Notes: generated by a model from the sequence alone, not told the origin. A DNA stretch of 32,000 nt from Thermodesulfobacteriota bacterium (GCA_026625185.1 CP113000.1:1875622-1907621), one strand, 5' to 3'; shown: positions 9,473 through 19,717, numbered from the stretch's first letter. Translations and numbers: made by a program.

Positions 9473-10702
9473 ATGATTAACGTACAGTCAACATTTAAAA
9501 TATCATTCCGGGCATTACGAGTAAACAAGATGCGATCAGCCCTTACCATACTGGGGATTATTATCGGGGTTACCGCTGTTATTGCGATGCTTGCTGTCGG
9601 CACCGGCGCAAGGAAGGAGATCGCCAAGCAAATTTCAAGCATGGGAAGCAACCTCCTTATCATACTTCCCGGAGCAACCACCGCAGGGGGGGTAAGAATG
9701 GGTTCGGGCACGCAACCCACTCTGTCTCTGAGCGATGCGGAGGCAATTCAAAAACAATGTCCTTGGGTATCGGATGTTGCCCCAATTTTCAGCGGGATTG
9801 CGCAGGTTGTTTATGGCCATCAGAACTGGTCGACCGGTGTTATAGGTTCTTTCCCGAATATCTTAGTTGTGCGGAATTGGCCACTTGATTCGGGCAGACC
9901 GTTTACCCAGCAAGATGTCAAAAACGCTACCAAGGTTTGTATCATAGGACAGACGGTCGTGGAGAACCTCTTTGGATCGTCGGATCCACTTGGTAAAATT
10001 ATCCGGATTAACAAGATTCCCTTTACCATTATTGGGGTACTGTCACATAAAGGCCAGTCAGCTCAGGGGCAGGATCAGGACGATACTATTTATGTCCCGG
10101 TAACCACTGCTCAAAAAAAACTTTTTGGGACTTCTTTCCCCGGGATGTTGAGAGTAATTATGGTGAAAGCCAAAAGCTCTGAAGATTTGCCGCTCGCTGA
10201 AAACCAGATAAATGAGTTGCTCAGGCAAAGGCACCACATTGGCCGAGACCGGGAAAATGATTTTACGGTCAGAAACCTTACTCAGATAATGGAAGCCGCA
10301 GAACAGTCCACGCGGGTAATGACTTTGTTGCTTGGGGCCATCGCATCGGTTTCGCTCTTAGTAGGCGGAATAGGAATAATGAATATCATGCTGGTATCAG
10401 TTACGGAGAGAACACGGGAGATAGGGATAAGGATGGCGGTGGGCGCAAAAACTTGGGATATCAGATTGCAGTTTATTATTGAGGCGCTCACTCTATCTCT
10501 CATTGGGGGCATCATTGGAATTATTATCGGCATATCCGGCTCGAAGATACTCTCAATACTGGCGGGCTGGACAACAATCATTACGCCTTTTTCGGTTCTC
10601 CTTGCTTTTGGTTTTTCCGGATTAGTAGGGATGTTTTTTGGGTTCTACCCAGCGTACCAGGCTTCGCTTCTCAACCCTATTGACGCTTTGAGGTATGAAT
10701 AA
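9473..10702 (+). CDS. ABC transporter permease, MacB/FtsX family with a periplasmic core domain
   Basis: MINVQSTFKISFRALRVNKMRSALTILGIIIGV is the typical MacB_PCD N-terminus. C-terminal FtsX region: GGIGIMNIMLVSVTERTREIGIRMAVGA...YPAYQASLLNPIDALRYE. Start ATG 9473 preferred over the overlapping 9437. Confidence 0.9.
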   Translation: MINVQSTFKISFRALRVNKMRSALTILGIIIGVTAVIAMLAVGTGARKEIAKQISSMGSNLLIILPGATTAGGVRMGSGTQPTLSLSDAEAIQKQCPWVSDVAPIFSGIAQVVYGHQNWSTGVIGSFPNILVVRNWPLDSGRPFTQQDVKNATKVCIIGQTVVENLFGSSDPLGKIIRINKIPFTIIGVLSHKGQSAQGQDQDDTIYVPVTTAQKKLFGTSFPGMLRVIMVKAKSSEDLPLAENQINELLRQRHHIGRDRENDFTVRNLTQIMEAAEQSTRVMTLLLGAIASVSLLVGGIGIMNIMLVSVTERTREIGIRMAVGAKTWDIRLQFIIEALTLSLIGGIIGIIIGISGSKILSILAGWTTIITPFSVLLAFGFSGLVGMFFGFYPAYQASLLNPIDALRYE

Positions 10703-10834
10703 GAGACGTCAATGAAGCTTAAGAAGATTGATTATTCCTGATGAAATTCAATAAGGTTATTTTAATGATGTTAAAACTGCTGCTACGTTCTCATGACTAA
10801 GATTTTCGACCAAGGATTGAAAAAGGAATAGTTT

Positions 10835-13800
10835 ATGTTTTTACCTGAAGTGTGCATACGCCGTCCGGTTACTGCTACGGTAATAGTTTTATTGTTTGTA
10901 ATCTTTGGAATCATCGGGATGCGCCGCCTGGGAATACTTCTTTTCCCGGATGTTGACTTCCCGGTGGTCTCGGTTTCTACTACCTGGCTTAATGCCCGGC
11001 CCGAGGAGGTTGATAATAACGTTACCGATGAACTGGAAGATTCCATGGGTGGTATCGAAGGGATTAAACATATCTCTTCCGAGAGCTACCAGGGGCTTTC
11101 GCGGGTTATGATTGAATTTGAGCTTTTTAAAGATGTTGATGTTGCCTCAGAGGAAGTGCGCGATAAAGTTTTTCGAGTAATCAATAACCTTCCCGAAGAT
11201 TCTGAAAGTCCACTGATAGAAAAAATTGATATTAATGCCAATCCGGTTATTTGGATGGCTTTTTTTGGACAAAGGTCGATAGAAGAGCTTACGGATTATG
11301 CTGATAAAACGGTCAAGCCACTTTTTCAAAAACTGAAAGGAGTGGGTGATGTCTGGATTTACGGGCAAAAACGAAAGGTAAGGATCTGGATTAACCGTGA
11401 CCGGCTGGCAAGGTATAACCTTGGCGTTGATGAAGTTATTCGGGTCATCAAGGCTCAGCATATTGAAGTGCCTGGAGGGAAGGTGGAATCTTCGTCGAAG
11501 GAGTTTTTGATCCGCACCATGGGAGAGTTTCCTACTGAAGATGCGTTTAATGAGCTTATTGTTGCCTACCGGGAAGGAAATGCTATCCGGATCCGGGACC
11601 TAGGATATGCTGAGGCTGGGCGGGAAGACTTTACCTCAGAGACCCGCTATTCTGCGGATAAAAAATTGGTTACTAAGGCAGCAGCCATTGGTATTGCTCC
11701 GCGTTCCGGAGCCAATGAAGTTGCGATGGCCCGCTTGGTCAAAAAAGAAGTGGAAAATATTCGGAAAATACTTCCTCCAGGAATGTTTCTTGAGATTGCC
11801 AGTGACGACACAGACTTCATTGAAAGTTCTATTAAAGAGGTAAAGTTTCAGCTTATCCTTGGTGGAATCGCCGCGGCTTTAGTAGTTTTGCTCTTCCTGC
11901 AGAACATCAGAACCACGATTTTTACTTCAATTGCCATTCCCACATCGATTATTTCTACGTTTGCGGCCATTTATGCTTTTGGCTTTACCATTAACAACCT
12001 GACCATGCTTGCCTTGGTAACCGCCGTAGGCTTGGTGATTGATGATTCGATCATTATGGAAGAAAACATTTACCGTCACCGGTTTGAACTGAACAAACCG
12101 GCGATGCAGGCTGCTCTTGATGGGTCACGAGAAATAGGGTTTGCGGTGGTCGCCTCAACCCTTACGTTAGCCGGGGTTTTTCTTCCGGTTGCTTTTATGG
12201 GTGGTCTGATAGGCCGATTTTTTAAAGAGTTTGCTCTTACCATGGCTTTTGCGGTGGGGTGGTCTATGTTTGTGGCTTTAACCATAGAACCCATGCTTGC
12301 TTCTCGGTTTCTTAAACCGGGGGGGGAGAAGTGGCTCCTTTTTCGGACCTTTGACGCTCTGATGGGGAGTCTCAGAGCGCTTTACCGTCAGGGGATCACC
12401 TGGGCTCTTGACCACCGGCATGTAGTAAATCTTCTCATCGTTTTAGCTTTAATTGGAGGAGGAATATTTTTAAAATTTATCGGGAAAGAATTTGTAACCC
12501 CAGAGGATAAAAGTCAATTCTTGGTTAGCATCGAAAACCCTTTGAGTTACTCCATCTATAAAACTGATGGGGTCGTGAGGCAGGTTGAAAAATTTATTCA
12601 AGAAATGCCGGAAGTTAAAAACTATTGGGTAATCAGCGGGGCATCCGGAAGTTTTGTTCCAGAGGCGAGCAAAGGCCTTGTATATGTCAATCTGGTTCCT
12701 AAAAACGAACGAAAAAAGTCACAACTGGAATTAATGGGGGAGATTCGCGAAAAAATAAAAACCATACCTGATACAACAGCGTTGGTTTCCGAGCTTTCTC
12801 TGGTTGGTGGCGGAACACGGGGAGAGGAAATCCAGTTGGTTATTCAAGGCCCAAACCTCCAGGGATTGGATACTTATACTCGGGAAATTATGGGTCGGAT
12901 GGCAAGGTTTCCAGGGATTGTGGATATAGATCGTAGTTTAGAACTGGAAAAACCAGAGGTCAGGGTAAAAATTAACCGCGATAAAGCGGCCGACCTCGGC
13001 GTGGACGCGCGGACCATTGCGGATACCGTGGGAGCGCTTATTGGGGGTGTTGATGTGGCAGAATTTAAAAGCGGAGGTGAAAGTTATGACGTTCGTCTTC
13101 GGCTCGTGGATAAGGAAAGAATCCTTCCCACTGATCTTGATCAAATTTGGCTTCATACTCAAAAGGGAGAAACCATTAACTTGGCAAGTTTGGTTACTAT
13201 TGAGACCGGAGTGGGGCCCAGTTTGATCAGCCGTTTAGACCGCCAGCGGGCAGTCTTCATTTTTGCTAACCTGGAAAAAGGTAAGACACTCGGAGAAGCA
13301 AAACAAGAAATTAACAAGATGATGAAAGAGTTGTTGCCGGAAGGATATACTTACAAATATATGGGCCGCAGCGAAGCCTTTGAGGAAACCATTTATTATA
13401 TTGCGTTTGCTTTTGTATTGGCAACCATTCTTACTTACATGATCCTTTCTGCCCAGTTTGAGAGTTTTGTATTTCCGTTATCCATCATGATGGGGATCCC
13501 GCTTTCCTTTATCGGAGCTTTCGGGCTTCTCTTTATTACCGGCAATACCCTCAACCTCTTTTCCATGATTGGCTTGGTCTTGTTAGTTGGTTTACCGGCC
13601 AAAAATGGTATTCTTTTGGTTGACCGCACGAATCAAATGCGGAAAGAAGGATTGCCCCTGAAGGAAGCCATCGTCGAGGCAGCCGGTATGCGGTTACGTC
13701 CGATTCTTATGACCGCAGTCTCAACCATGGCGGGGGTTATTCCTGTGGCCTTAGGAATCGGTATCGGTTCGGAAAGCCGTCAGCCAATAGGTGTTGCTAT

Positions 13801-13954
13801 TGCCGGGGGTATCCTCTCTTCGACGGTGCTTACCTTAGTGGTGGTTCCCGTAATTTATAGCTACTTAGACCAGTTTACCCAAATCAGTATTTTTTCAAAG
13901 ATCAAAAGTAGAGTATGGGTACAACCAGATGGCCGGAACGAAAACCCTTCATAA
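10835..13954 (+). CDS. RND efflux permease (AcrB/HAE1-type), 1039 aa, with no adjacent adaptor gene
   Basis: Full-length 12-TM RND layout. Motifs: RRPVTATVIVLLFVIFGIIGMRRL, ALVTAVGLVIDDSIIMEENIYRH, GLVLLVGLPAKNGILLVDRTNQMR. SD AAGGAA lies upstream of ATG 10835. Confidence 0.92.
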   Translation: MFLPEVCIRRPVTATVIVLLFVIFGIIGMRRLGILLFPDVDFPVVSVSTTWLNARPEEVDNNVTDELEDSMGGIEGIKHISSESYQGLSRVMIEFELFKDVDVASEEVRDKVFRVINNLPEDSESPLIEKIDINANPVIWMAFFGQRSIEELTDYADKTVKPLFQKLKGVGDVWIYGQKRKVRIWINRDRLARYNLGVDEVIRVIKAQHIEVPGGKVESSSKEFLIRTMGEFPTEDAFNELIVAYREGNAIRIRDLGYAEAGREDFTSETRYSADKKLVTKAAAIGIAPRSGANEVAMARLVKKEVENIRKILPPGMFLEIASDDTDFIESSIKEVKFQLILGGIAAALVVLLFLQNIRTTIFTSIAIPTSIISTFAAIYAFGFTINNLTMLALVTAVGLVIDDSIIMEENIYRHRFELNKPAMQAALDGSREIGFAVVASTLTLAGVFLPVAFMGGLIGRFFKEFALTMAFAVGWSMFVALTIEPMLASRFLKPGGEKWLLFRTFDALMGSLRALYRQGITWALDHRHVVNLLIVLALIGGGIFLKFIGKEFVTPEDKSQFLVSIENPLSYSIYKTDGVVRQVEKFIQEMPEVKNYWVISGASGSFVPEASKGLVYVNLVPKNERKKSQLELMGEIREKIKTIPDTTALVSELSLVGGGTRGEEIQLVIQGPNLQGLDTYTREIMGRMARFPGIVDIDRSLELEKPEVRVKINRDKAADLGVDARTIADTVGALIGGVDVAEFKSGGESYDVRLRLVDKERILPTDLDQIWLHTQKGETINLASLVTIETGVGPSLISRLDRQRAVFIFANLEKGKTLGEAKQEINKMMKELLPEGYTYKYMGRSEAFEETIYYIAFAFVLATILTYMILSAQFESFVFPLSIMMGIPLSFIGAFGLLFITGNTLNLFSMIGLVLLVGLPAKNGILLVDRTNQMRKEGLPLKEAIVEAAGMRLRPILMTAVSTMAGVIPVALGIGIGSESRQPIGVAIAGGILSSTVLTLVVVPVIYSYLDQFTQISIFSKIKSRVWVQPDGRNENPS

Positions 13955-13961
13955 TAGTTTT

Positions 13962-14697
<736 letters not shown>

Positions 14698-14934
14698 CTA
14701 TGGGAATATTTGTTTTCCCAGGATGACACGAATCTTTTCTTGATTCCTTACTTTAACTTTATTGAACAAATCAATATTTGCGAAATGTTCAAGGGTTACT
14801 AAGTCTGCATAGTCTTGCAGATATTCCGCATCCTTTACCCACCTATTTTGGCAGACAACGGCAAGGACAAGAGGTTTATCAATGCTTAGCGTAGGATTTT
14901 TCTTATATTCAACGTTCCCCTTTTGATGGACCCC
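14698..14934 (-). pseudogene. Unassigned coding remnant with no start codon, ending 15 nt upstream of the hsdS fragment
   Basis: Minus-strand frame is open for about 79 codons (GVHQKGNVEYKKNPTLSIDKPLVLAVVCQNRWVKDAEYLQDYADLVTLEHFANIDLFNKVKVRNQEKIRVILGKQIFP, stop at 14698-14700). Non-repetitive protein-like composition. No ATG. The upstream end runs into the T10 run at 14935-14944. Confidence 0.25.
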
Positions 14935-15030
14935 TTTTTTTTTTCGAAGGATAACTCCGGGATGGAGTTTAAGTCATTTGATTCCAATTGGAGTCAATTT
15001 AGTTCAGGGAGTGTTCTTGGTTTGTATTAT

Positions 15031-15687
15031 TTATTCCCGAGGCAGGGTAATTGAGATCTGAATTGACCGAGCCACCTTTCCCCCTTTCAACGCTGCTACC
15101 ATACCGGTAAGGGTATTGATAAACATTTCCTGAATAAAGGGTTTGAGGGGAGCGTAAGTGCCATCAAGCACAAGTGATACTGAAGGCGAAGGTTTTGTTT
15201 TTAAAAATTTATTTTGAATCAGATCAGCTAATCCCTTAACATCGTTGAGGTCAAAATAAGGCACCTTAAGGTCAAAATGCTGATCGCTGGCGACTGCGAT
15301 CAGGTTATCATCCTCAGTGCAGAGAAGCTCTTGATGAACCTCCTTGCGAAAAACTTCGACTTTGGGTTTATTCCCTCGTTTATATCCTTCGGTAAAGATA
15401 ATATCCATATTCTGAAGATATTCAGCGGCTATAGTATCTAACGTCTCTTCCTGCTTGATATCTTTTATTATGGCAACCTTAGCAGGGGAGGAAATGGCAA
15501 CTGTTGAAGCCCCCGCTTTTTTATGGCGCCAGGTATCTTTACCCTCACGGTCAATGTCAAATCCGTGGGTGTCATGCTTGATTGTACCGACACGATATCC
15601 ACGGTTTTTAATTTCCGCGATAAGTTTCTCTAAGAGAGTAGTTTTTCCGCTGTCTGATTTTCCAACAATTGAGATGATCGGGGGCAT
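15031..15687 (-). CDS. mobB: Molybdopterin-guanine dinucleotide biosynthesis adaptor protein MobB, with a ~50-aa C-terminal extension
   Basis: MPPIISIVGKSDSGKTTLLEKLI (P-loop), GTIKHDTHGFDIDREGKDTWRH and IIFTEGYK are MobB hallmarks. Internal ATG 15687 preferred over the listed start at 15768. Confidence 0.8.
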   Translation of the reverse strand: MPPIISIVGKSDSGKTTLLEKLIAEIKNRGYRVGTIKHDTHGFDIDREGKDTWRHKKAGASTVAISSPAKVAIIKDIKQEETLDTIAAEYLQNMDIIFTEGYKRGNKPKVEVFRKEVHQELLCTEDDNLIAVASDQHFDLKVPYFDLNDVKGLADLIQNKFLKTKPSPSVSLVLDGTYAPLKPFIQEMFINTLTGMVAALKGGKVARSIQISITLPRE

Positions 15688-15805
15688 AGTTTTTCTTTCT
15701 TGAAAAATGGTTAAACCAGAAATCAGGAGACAGGAGTCAGAAGAAAAATGAGCGATGAGCGCTTCCACGCTCAGCCTGTGACTCTTCTGAATTTTGACTC
15801 CTGTT

Positions 15806-16462
15806 TTAGGATGATGAAATTCCTCGTATGATTTCCGGGATTATATCTTTAATCCCATCAATCGCAAACTGAACTGCAATAACTGATAAGAGTAACCCCA
15901 TCAAACGAACTAAAATATTGATTCCTGTTTGACCGCAAAGTCTCATAAGATATTGAGATTCTTTTAAGATAAAATACGTGAGCACTGAGACTACCACGAC
16001 GATGGAAATAATGATCAGATAATGAATAATATTATGGCATTTGTTACGTAATAGGATAATGGTGGTGATGGCTCCGGGCCCGCTTAAAAGCGGGATGGCT
16101 AAGGGAAAGAAGGACACGTCATCTTTTTCCTTCGCTTCACGTTGCTCTTCAGGGCTGGTTTTTTGACTAGGTCTAAAAACAAACAGCATTCGGAGGGAGA
16201 TTATAAAAATAAGAATTCCCCCGGCTATTTTAAAGGCTCCGATCGTGATATGAAAAAGGTTGAGAATTAAATTTCCGGTAAGAAGGAAAAATATCAGGAT
16301 CAACCCACTGGCAATCGAAGCTTTTTCTACAATCTGTTTGCGCTCAATAAAATCATTTTTCGGAGTAATGGCGAGGAATAAAGGGACGTTTCCGATCGGG
16401 TCAACGATAAAGAAGAGAGCGGCAAAAGCAAAAGAGGCAAAATTGAGATATTCACTTACCAT
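15806..16462 (-). CDS. MarC-family (UPF0056) integral membrane protein
   Basis: ALFFIVDPIGNVPLFLAIT near the N-terminus, six predicted TM segments, and FPLAIPLLSGPGAITTIILL in the second half. ATG 16462 has a GGAG upstream. An alternative GTG start lies at 16498. Confidence 0.8.
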   Translation of the reverse strand: MVSEYLNFASFAFAALFFIVDPIGNVPLFLAITPKNDFIERKQIVEKASIASGLILIFFLLTGNLILNLFHITIGAFKIAGGILIFIISLRMLFVFRPSQKTSPEEQREAKEKDDVSFFPLAIPLLSGPGAITTIILLRNKCHNIIHYLIIISIVVVVSVLTYFILKESQYLMRLCGQTGINILVRLMGLLLSVIAVQFAIDGIKDIIPEIIRGISSS

Positions 16463-16594
16463 AAAAAGTTCTCCGATAGAAAAAACCCTGTATTTCACAG
16501 TGGTTATGTGAGCAATGTTCGCATCGGTGGTTAGCCTGGAATTCTGATTTCAGGGTAACCACAGAACGATATTATGATATTAAAACTAACATTT

Positions 16595-16623
16595 ATTTGC
16601 AAGCTTGACAAGGGCCTGCAAAT
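16595..16623. promoter_or_regulatory. Inverted repeat ATTTGCA-N15-TGCAAAT enclosing a TTGACA box upstream of clpB
   Basis: ATTTGCA at 16595-16601 and TGCAAAT at 16617-16623. TTGACA at 16605-10, with a possible -10 TACTTT 16 nt downstream. About 60 nt upstream of the clpB ATG. Confidence 0.3.
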
Positions 16624-16682
16624 GATTACTTTTAAAAAATTATTAAAGCCTAAAATTGATTTTAGAGAGGAAAAAATTAGCT

Positions 16683-19328
16683 ATGAGATTAGATAAATTT
16701 ACTATCAAAGCGCAAGATGCAATCGTTGAGGCACATTCTATCGCCAAAAATAATGATCATCAACAGGTGGAGCCGGAGCATCTTCTTCTCAGTCTTCTTG
16801 AGCAACAGGAGGGACTTCTCGGACCTCTTTTGAAAAAACTGGGAACTGATCCAAATTCGGTAAAAACTAAGCTGAAGGAGATAATTAATAAAATTCCCAA
16901 GGTTTATGGGGAAGGACGAGGGCAGTCTTACATTTCTCCCCGAACTGAAAAAGTTTTGGATGCAGCGCTTAATGAATCAACCCGTCTCAAAGATGACTAT
17001 GTGAGCACCGAGCTTATTCTTCTTGCTATTTCGGACGAAAGGGGTGGGAACGCTGCCAAACTTTTGAACCAAACCGGAGTAACCAAGGATCGAATTCTAA
17101 AAGCCTTAATAGAAATCAGAGGATCACAGAGGGTTACTGACCAAAATCCTGAAGAGAAATACCAAGCCTTAGAACGATATAGTAGAAACCTTACCGATCT
17201 TGCCCGTAAAGGAAAACTTGACCCGGTCATTGGCCGGGATAATGAAATTCGCAGGGTCATTCAGGTGCTTTCGCGAAGGACTAAGAATAATCCGGTGCTC
17301 ATTGGCGAACCAGGAGTTGGGAAAACCGCAATTGTGGAGGGCTTAGCCCAAAGAGTAATCAAAGGCGATATCCCGGAAACCTTGAAAAACAAAAAGGTGG
17401 TAGCCCTTGATCTTGGGGCCTTGGTCGCGGGAACCAAATACCGAGGAGAATTTGAGGATCGTCTTAAAGCGGTGTTAAAAGAAATTGAGGAAAGTGAGGG
17501 AGAAATTATTCTTTTTATTGACGAGCTTCATACGGTTGTCGGGGCCGGTGCAGCCGAAGGAGCGATTGACGCATCAAACATGCTTAAACCAGCCCTCGCG
17601 CGCGGAGAGCTTCGCTGTGTCGGAGCGACAACCCTCAATGAATATCGGAAACATATTGAAAAAGATGCGGCTCTGGAAAGGCGTTTCCAACCGATCATAG
17701 TCGGTGAACCCACTGTGGAAGATACCATCTCGATCCTTCGGGGTTTGAAAGAACGATATGAAATTCACCATGGCGTTAAAATCCAGGATGCTGCCTTGGT
17801 AGCAGCAGCTACGCTTTCTCATCGTTATATTTCTGATCGTTTTTTGCCGGATAAAGCGATTGACCTTATTGATGAGTCTGCTTCTCGGCTTCGGATTGAG
17901 ATTGACAGTCTTCCAACGGAAATTGATGAAATTGAGCGGAAAATAACCAAGCTGGAAGTCGAGCGGGAGGCATTAAAAAAAGAAAAAGATCGAGCTTCCA
18001 AAGATCGGCTTTCAAATTTAGAAAAAGAGCTTAACGAACTAAAAGAGAATATCAAAGGAATGAAAATTCGCTGGCTCCAGGAGAAAGAATTGATCCAAAG
18101 CATTCAACGGCTCCGGGAGGTCGCGGAAAATCTAAAGATCAAATACGAACAAGCCTACGAAAATGCCCGGAGAACCAACCTGAATGAAGATTATCAAAAA
18201 GCGGCTGAGGCGCAATACCTTCTGAAGAAGGCCCAAGATGAACTTGAAGAGAAGATCAAAAAACACCAAGAAATCCCTGAAAACGAAAGGATGTTGACTG
18301 AAGAGGTTAGGGCAGAGGATATTGCTGAGGTTGTCGCGCGGTGGACCGGTATCCCGGTTTCCCGGATGCTGGAAGGAGAAATTGAGAAATTGATTCATAT
18401 GGAGGAGCGAATCCATCAGCGGTTAGTTGGCCAGGAAGAGGCGGTTGCCTTGGTTTCAAACGCAGTACGCAGGGCTCGATCTGGATTGCAAGATCCTAAT
18501 CGTCCGATTGGCTCGTTTATTTTTCTTGGTCCAACCGGCGTGGGGAAGACGGAGCTGGGACGCGCATTAGCAGAATTTTTATTTGATGATGAACAGGCCA
18601 TGGTGCGCATTGATATGTCTGAATTTATGGAAAAACACTCGGTTGCCCGGTTGATTGGCGCTCCTCCAGGATATGTGGGTTATGAAGAGGGGGGTTATCT
18701 TACTGAAGCGGTGCGGAGAAAGCCTTATTCCGTGATCTTGTTTGATGAGATTGAAAAAGCCCACGCTGAGGTGTTCGATCTCCTTCTGCAGATTTTAGAT
18801 GAGGGAAGACTCACCGATGGCCATGGGAAAACCGTTGATTTTAAAAACACGATCATCATCATGACCTCAAATTTAGGGAGCCAGTGGATTCAGGATCTGG
18901 GGATGAAAGAGAAAGATTATGAATTGATGAAAAGCCGGGTGATGGAGGTAGTGCGTAACAGCTTTAAACCGGAATTTCTTAACCGGATTGATGAGATCAT
19001 TATATTCCACAACCTTAATCGAGAGGACATAAAAAAGATTGCGGAAATCCAGATGAAACACCTCAAGAACCGGCTCAAAGATAGAAAAATGGATATTGAA
19101 CTCAAGGAAGAGTCAAAAGACCTGCTTTGTGAACTCGGCTATGATCCAACCTTCGGAGCGCGACCACTTAAGCGGGTAATTCAAAAGTATATTCAGGATC
19201 CTCTGGCGTTAAAAATACTGGAGGGAAAATTTGTTGACGGAGATATTATTATCGTGGATTGCGACCGGACACGAAAAGAATTTATCTTAGCCACCCAAAG
19301 AGGAACGCGAAAATTTAAGGGTGATTAG
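16683..19328 (+). CDS. clpB: ATP-dependent chaperone/disaggregase ClpB
   Basis: Clp N-domain ([17 protein letters not shown]). AAA+ module 1 has Walker A GEPGVGKT and Walker B ILFIDELH. Long coiled-coil M-domain. AAA+ module 2 has GPTGVGKT and [11 protein letters not shown]. No ClpP-binding loop noticed. ATG 16683 preferred over the listed TTG 16656. Confidence 0.95.
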   Translation: MRLDKFTIKAQDAIVEAHSIAKNNDHQQVEPEHLLLSLLEQQEGLLGPLLKKLGTDPNSVKTKLKEIINKIPKVYGEGRGQSYISPRTEKVLDAALNESTRLKDDYVSTELILLAISDERGGNAAKLLNQTGVTKDRILKALIEIRGSQRVTDQNPEEKYQALERYSRNLTDLARKGKLDPVIGRDNEIRRVIQVLSRRTKNNPVLIGEPGVGKTAIVEGLAQRVIKGDIPETLKNKKVVALDLGALVAGTKYRGEFEDRLKAVLKEIEESEGEIILFIDELHTVVGAGAAEGAIDASNMLKPALARGELRCVGATTLNEYRKHIEKDAALERRFQPIIVGEPTVEDTISILRGLKERYEIHHGVKIQDAALVAAATLSHRYISDRFLPDKAIDLIDESASRLRIEIDSLPTEIDEIERKITKLEVEREALKKEKDRASKDRLSNLEKELNELKENIKGMKIRWLQEKELIQSIQRLREVAENLKIKYEQAYENARRTNLNEDYQKAAEAQYLLKKAQDELEEKIKKHQEIPENERMLTEEVRAEDIAEVVARWTGIPVSRMLEGEIEKLIHMEERIHQRLVGQEEAVALVSNAVRRARSGLQDPNRPIGSFIFLGPTGVGKTELGRALAEFLFDDEQAMVRIDMSEFMEKHSVARLIGAPPGYVGYEEGGYLTEAVRRKPYSVILFDEIEKAHAEVFDLLLQILDEGRLTDGHGKTVDFKNTIIIMTSNLGSQWIQDLGMKEKDYELMKSRVMEVVRNSFKPEFLNRIDEIIIFHNLNREDIKKIAEIQMKHLKNRLKDRKMDIELKEESKDLLCELGYDPTFGARPLKRVIQKYIQDPLALKILEGKFVDGDIIIVDCDRTRKEFILATQRGTRKFKGD

Positions 19329-19371
19329 ATAAACTTCGTTAGTCAGACTTCATGAAGGCTTTTAAACAAAA

Positions 19372-19410
19372 GAAGAGAGGGGTTGAAAAATTCACCCTTC
19401 TCTTCTTTTT
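19372..19410. terminator. Bidirectional rho-independent terminator between convergent clpB and the repeat-lipoprotein gene
   Basis: GAAGAGAGGGG (19372-19382) pairs with CCCTTCTCTTC (19395-19405): 11 bp including one G-U, with a 12-nt loop. T5 follows on the plus strand, and a T-rich tract follows on the minus strand (complement of 19362-19371). Confidence 0.75.
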
Positions 19411-19435
19411 GTTTTGTGAGGTTTTGCTTTTTTCT

Positions 19436-19717
19436 TTATTTTTTCTCAGGTGCAGCCGGCATAGCCTCAGGTGCAGCTGGCACAGCAGCCTCGGGAGCGG
19501 GCGCAGCAGCCTCAGGAGCGGGCGCAGCAGTCTCAGGAGCAGGCGCAGCAGCCTCGGGAGCGGGCGCGGCAGCCTCAGGAGCAGGCGCAGCAGTCTCAGG
19601 AGCAGGCGCAGCAGTCTCAGGAGCGGGCGCTGCCTCCTCAGTTTTTTTCTTGCACGCGCTTAAAGTCAAACACACGCAGGTTAGGGCTACCAAGAGTACG
19701 ATCAAGAGTTTTTTCAT
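19436..19717 (-). CDS. Small lipoprotein made almost entirely of AAPAPE(A/T) heptad repeats, with a C-terminal KK
   Basis: SD GGGAGG lies 10 nt before the ATG. Signal peptide MKKLLIVLLVALTCVCLTLSAC with lipobox LSAC. The mature part is about 9 Pro/Ala/Glu repeats ending PEKK. The terminator lies 26 nt downstream. Plus-strand ORFs over the same repeat lack such signals. Confidence 0.7.
   Translation of the reverse strand: MKKLLIVLLVALTCVCLTLSACKKKTEEAAPAPETAAPAPETAAPAPEAAAPAPEAAAPAPETAAPAPEAAAPAPEAAVPAAPEAMPAAPEKK
19483..19629. repeat. Tandem repeat, 7 clean units of 21 bp (consensus CAGCAGCCTCAGGAGCGGGCG), with degenerate units on both sides (about 19445-19632)
   Basis: Direct reading shows unit starts at 19483, 19504, 19525, 19546, 19567, 19588 and 19609. 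Units differ at only 3-4 positions. The block is strongly GC-rich in an otherwise AT-rich context. Confidence 0.92.

Noticed and set aside
6089-10777. Possible direct repeats flanking the MacAB-TolC cassette (GTTATTGTTAAAATGAAAAC at 6089-6108 versus GTTATTTTAATGATGTTAAAAC at 10756-10777)
   Set aside because: The similarity is short, needs gaps and lies in very AT-rich sequence. It is not distinguishable from chance by eye, so it is not used as evidence for insertion.
15031-15200. C-terminal ~50-aa extension of MobB as a possible novel fused domain
   Set aside because: MobB length varies, and I cannot assign or exclude a known domain from the sequence alone. Noted in the feature entry but not raised as a finding.
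19483-19629. Possibility that the 21-bp repeats are a CRISPR array
   Set aside because: The units are directly abutting with no spacers, the period is a multiple of three, and they lie inside a signal-peptide-bearing ORF. No cas genes are nearby.
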